64,000 nt of DNA, taken from Octopus bimaculoides (Eukaryota). Position 1 is the first letter of the stretch, and each line of letters starts with the position of its first letter. Location: positions 21,170,072-21,234,071 of the forward strand of contig NC_068981.1 in assembly GCF_001194135.2 (NCBI RefSeq). The letters are read 5' to 3'. A program made the position numbers and the translations under genes. Of the stretch, positions 63,762-64,000 are shown piece after piece. The notes beneath the pieces are model-generated. The model saw only the letters and a program-made list of their open reading frames with translations. It made no database searches and was not told where the DNA came from.

Positions 63762-63842
63762 AGCTCTGATGAAGCTATGGGGTGATTCTCAAGCACTCAA
63801 GTGTAAGTGCATTGCACCTTATTGCAGAAACAGCTGTAAGCT
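63762..63842 (+). ncRNA. Type I hammerhead ribozyme motif (PLE-type, palindromic stem III)
   Basis: Stem I AGCT/AGCT; core CTGATGA at 63766-72; stem II GCTATGGGGTG/CACCTTATTGC (closing A.A mismatch) plus inner GCACT/AGTGC helix; GAAAC at 63827-31; palindrome ACAGCTGT; triplet GTA at 63836-38. Confidence 0.8.
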
Positions 63843-64000
63843 AATGAAATTCATAACATAATTGTTTATTCCTCTGTCATCTCAATTTCTTATATATCTA
63901 TCTATATCTGTCTGTCTGTCCGTCCATCTATCTATCTATATCCAAATCTATCTATCTATCTATCTATCTATATATATATATATTAGGTTGTTTTTTTTTG

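Larger units (their letters stand above)
5548..64000 (-). other. Very large intron upstream of the Galpha-o exon (putative intron 2, partial, at least 58 kb)
   Basis: I looked for the 43-nt exon 2 (GAGESGKSTIVKQMK) by checking each 'acttcat' donor-side signature I could see; none matched. Confidence 0.7.

Noticed and set aside
1-64000. CRISPR arrays, tRNA/rRNA genes, prokaryotic operons
   Set aside because: Eukaryotic intronic DNA. The tandem units lack unique spacers, and the tRNA-like B-boxes are SINE heads without a cloverleaf.

Overview
AT-rich, microsatellite- and repeat-dense eukaryotic DNA. The SINE, RTE and Penelope repeat families look like those of an octopus (coleoid cephalopod) genome; this is inferred from family resemblance, not a search. 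There are four N-gaps. The only host coding sequence I can support is one 142-nt minus-strand exon (5406-5547) of a G protein alpha-o (Galpha-o/GNAO1-type) gene, equivalent to vertebrate exon 3. The ORF track misses it. I found neither exon 2 nor exon 4, so the rest of the window is most simply intron: at least 58 kb upstream and at least 5.4 kb downstream in gene sense. The introns hold decayed Gypsy, Penelope-like (PLE), RTE, CR1-like and R4/Dong-like retroelements, five Tc1/mariner-superfamily remnants, hAT and Tigger MITEs, and many tRNA-derived SINEs. Most notable: (1) a set of PLE-type hammerhead ribozyme motifs, two with intact core motifs (61.8 and 63.8 kb) antisense to the host gene and broken or variant ones in sense; (2) two nests of elements inserted with consistent polarity into (AAT)n tracts, with an R4/Dong RT fragment and a defined ~555-bp partner element; (3) several long hairpins, including a 138-bp-arm palindrome and a DD41D fold-back element. 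Most TE boundaries are approximate and all alignments were done by eye.
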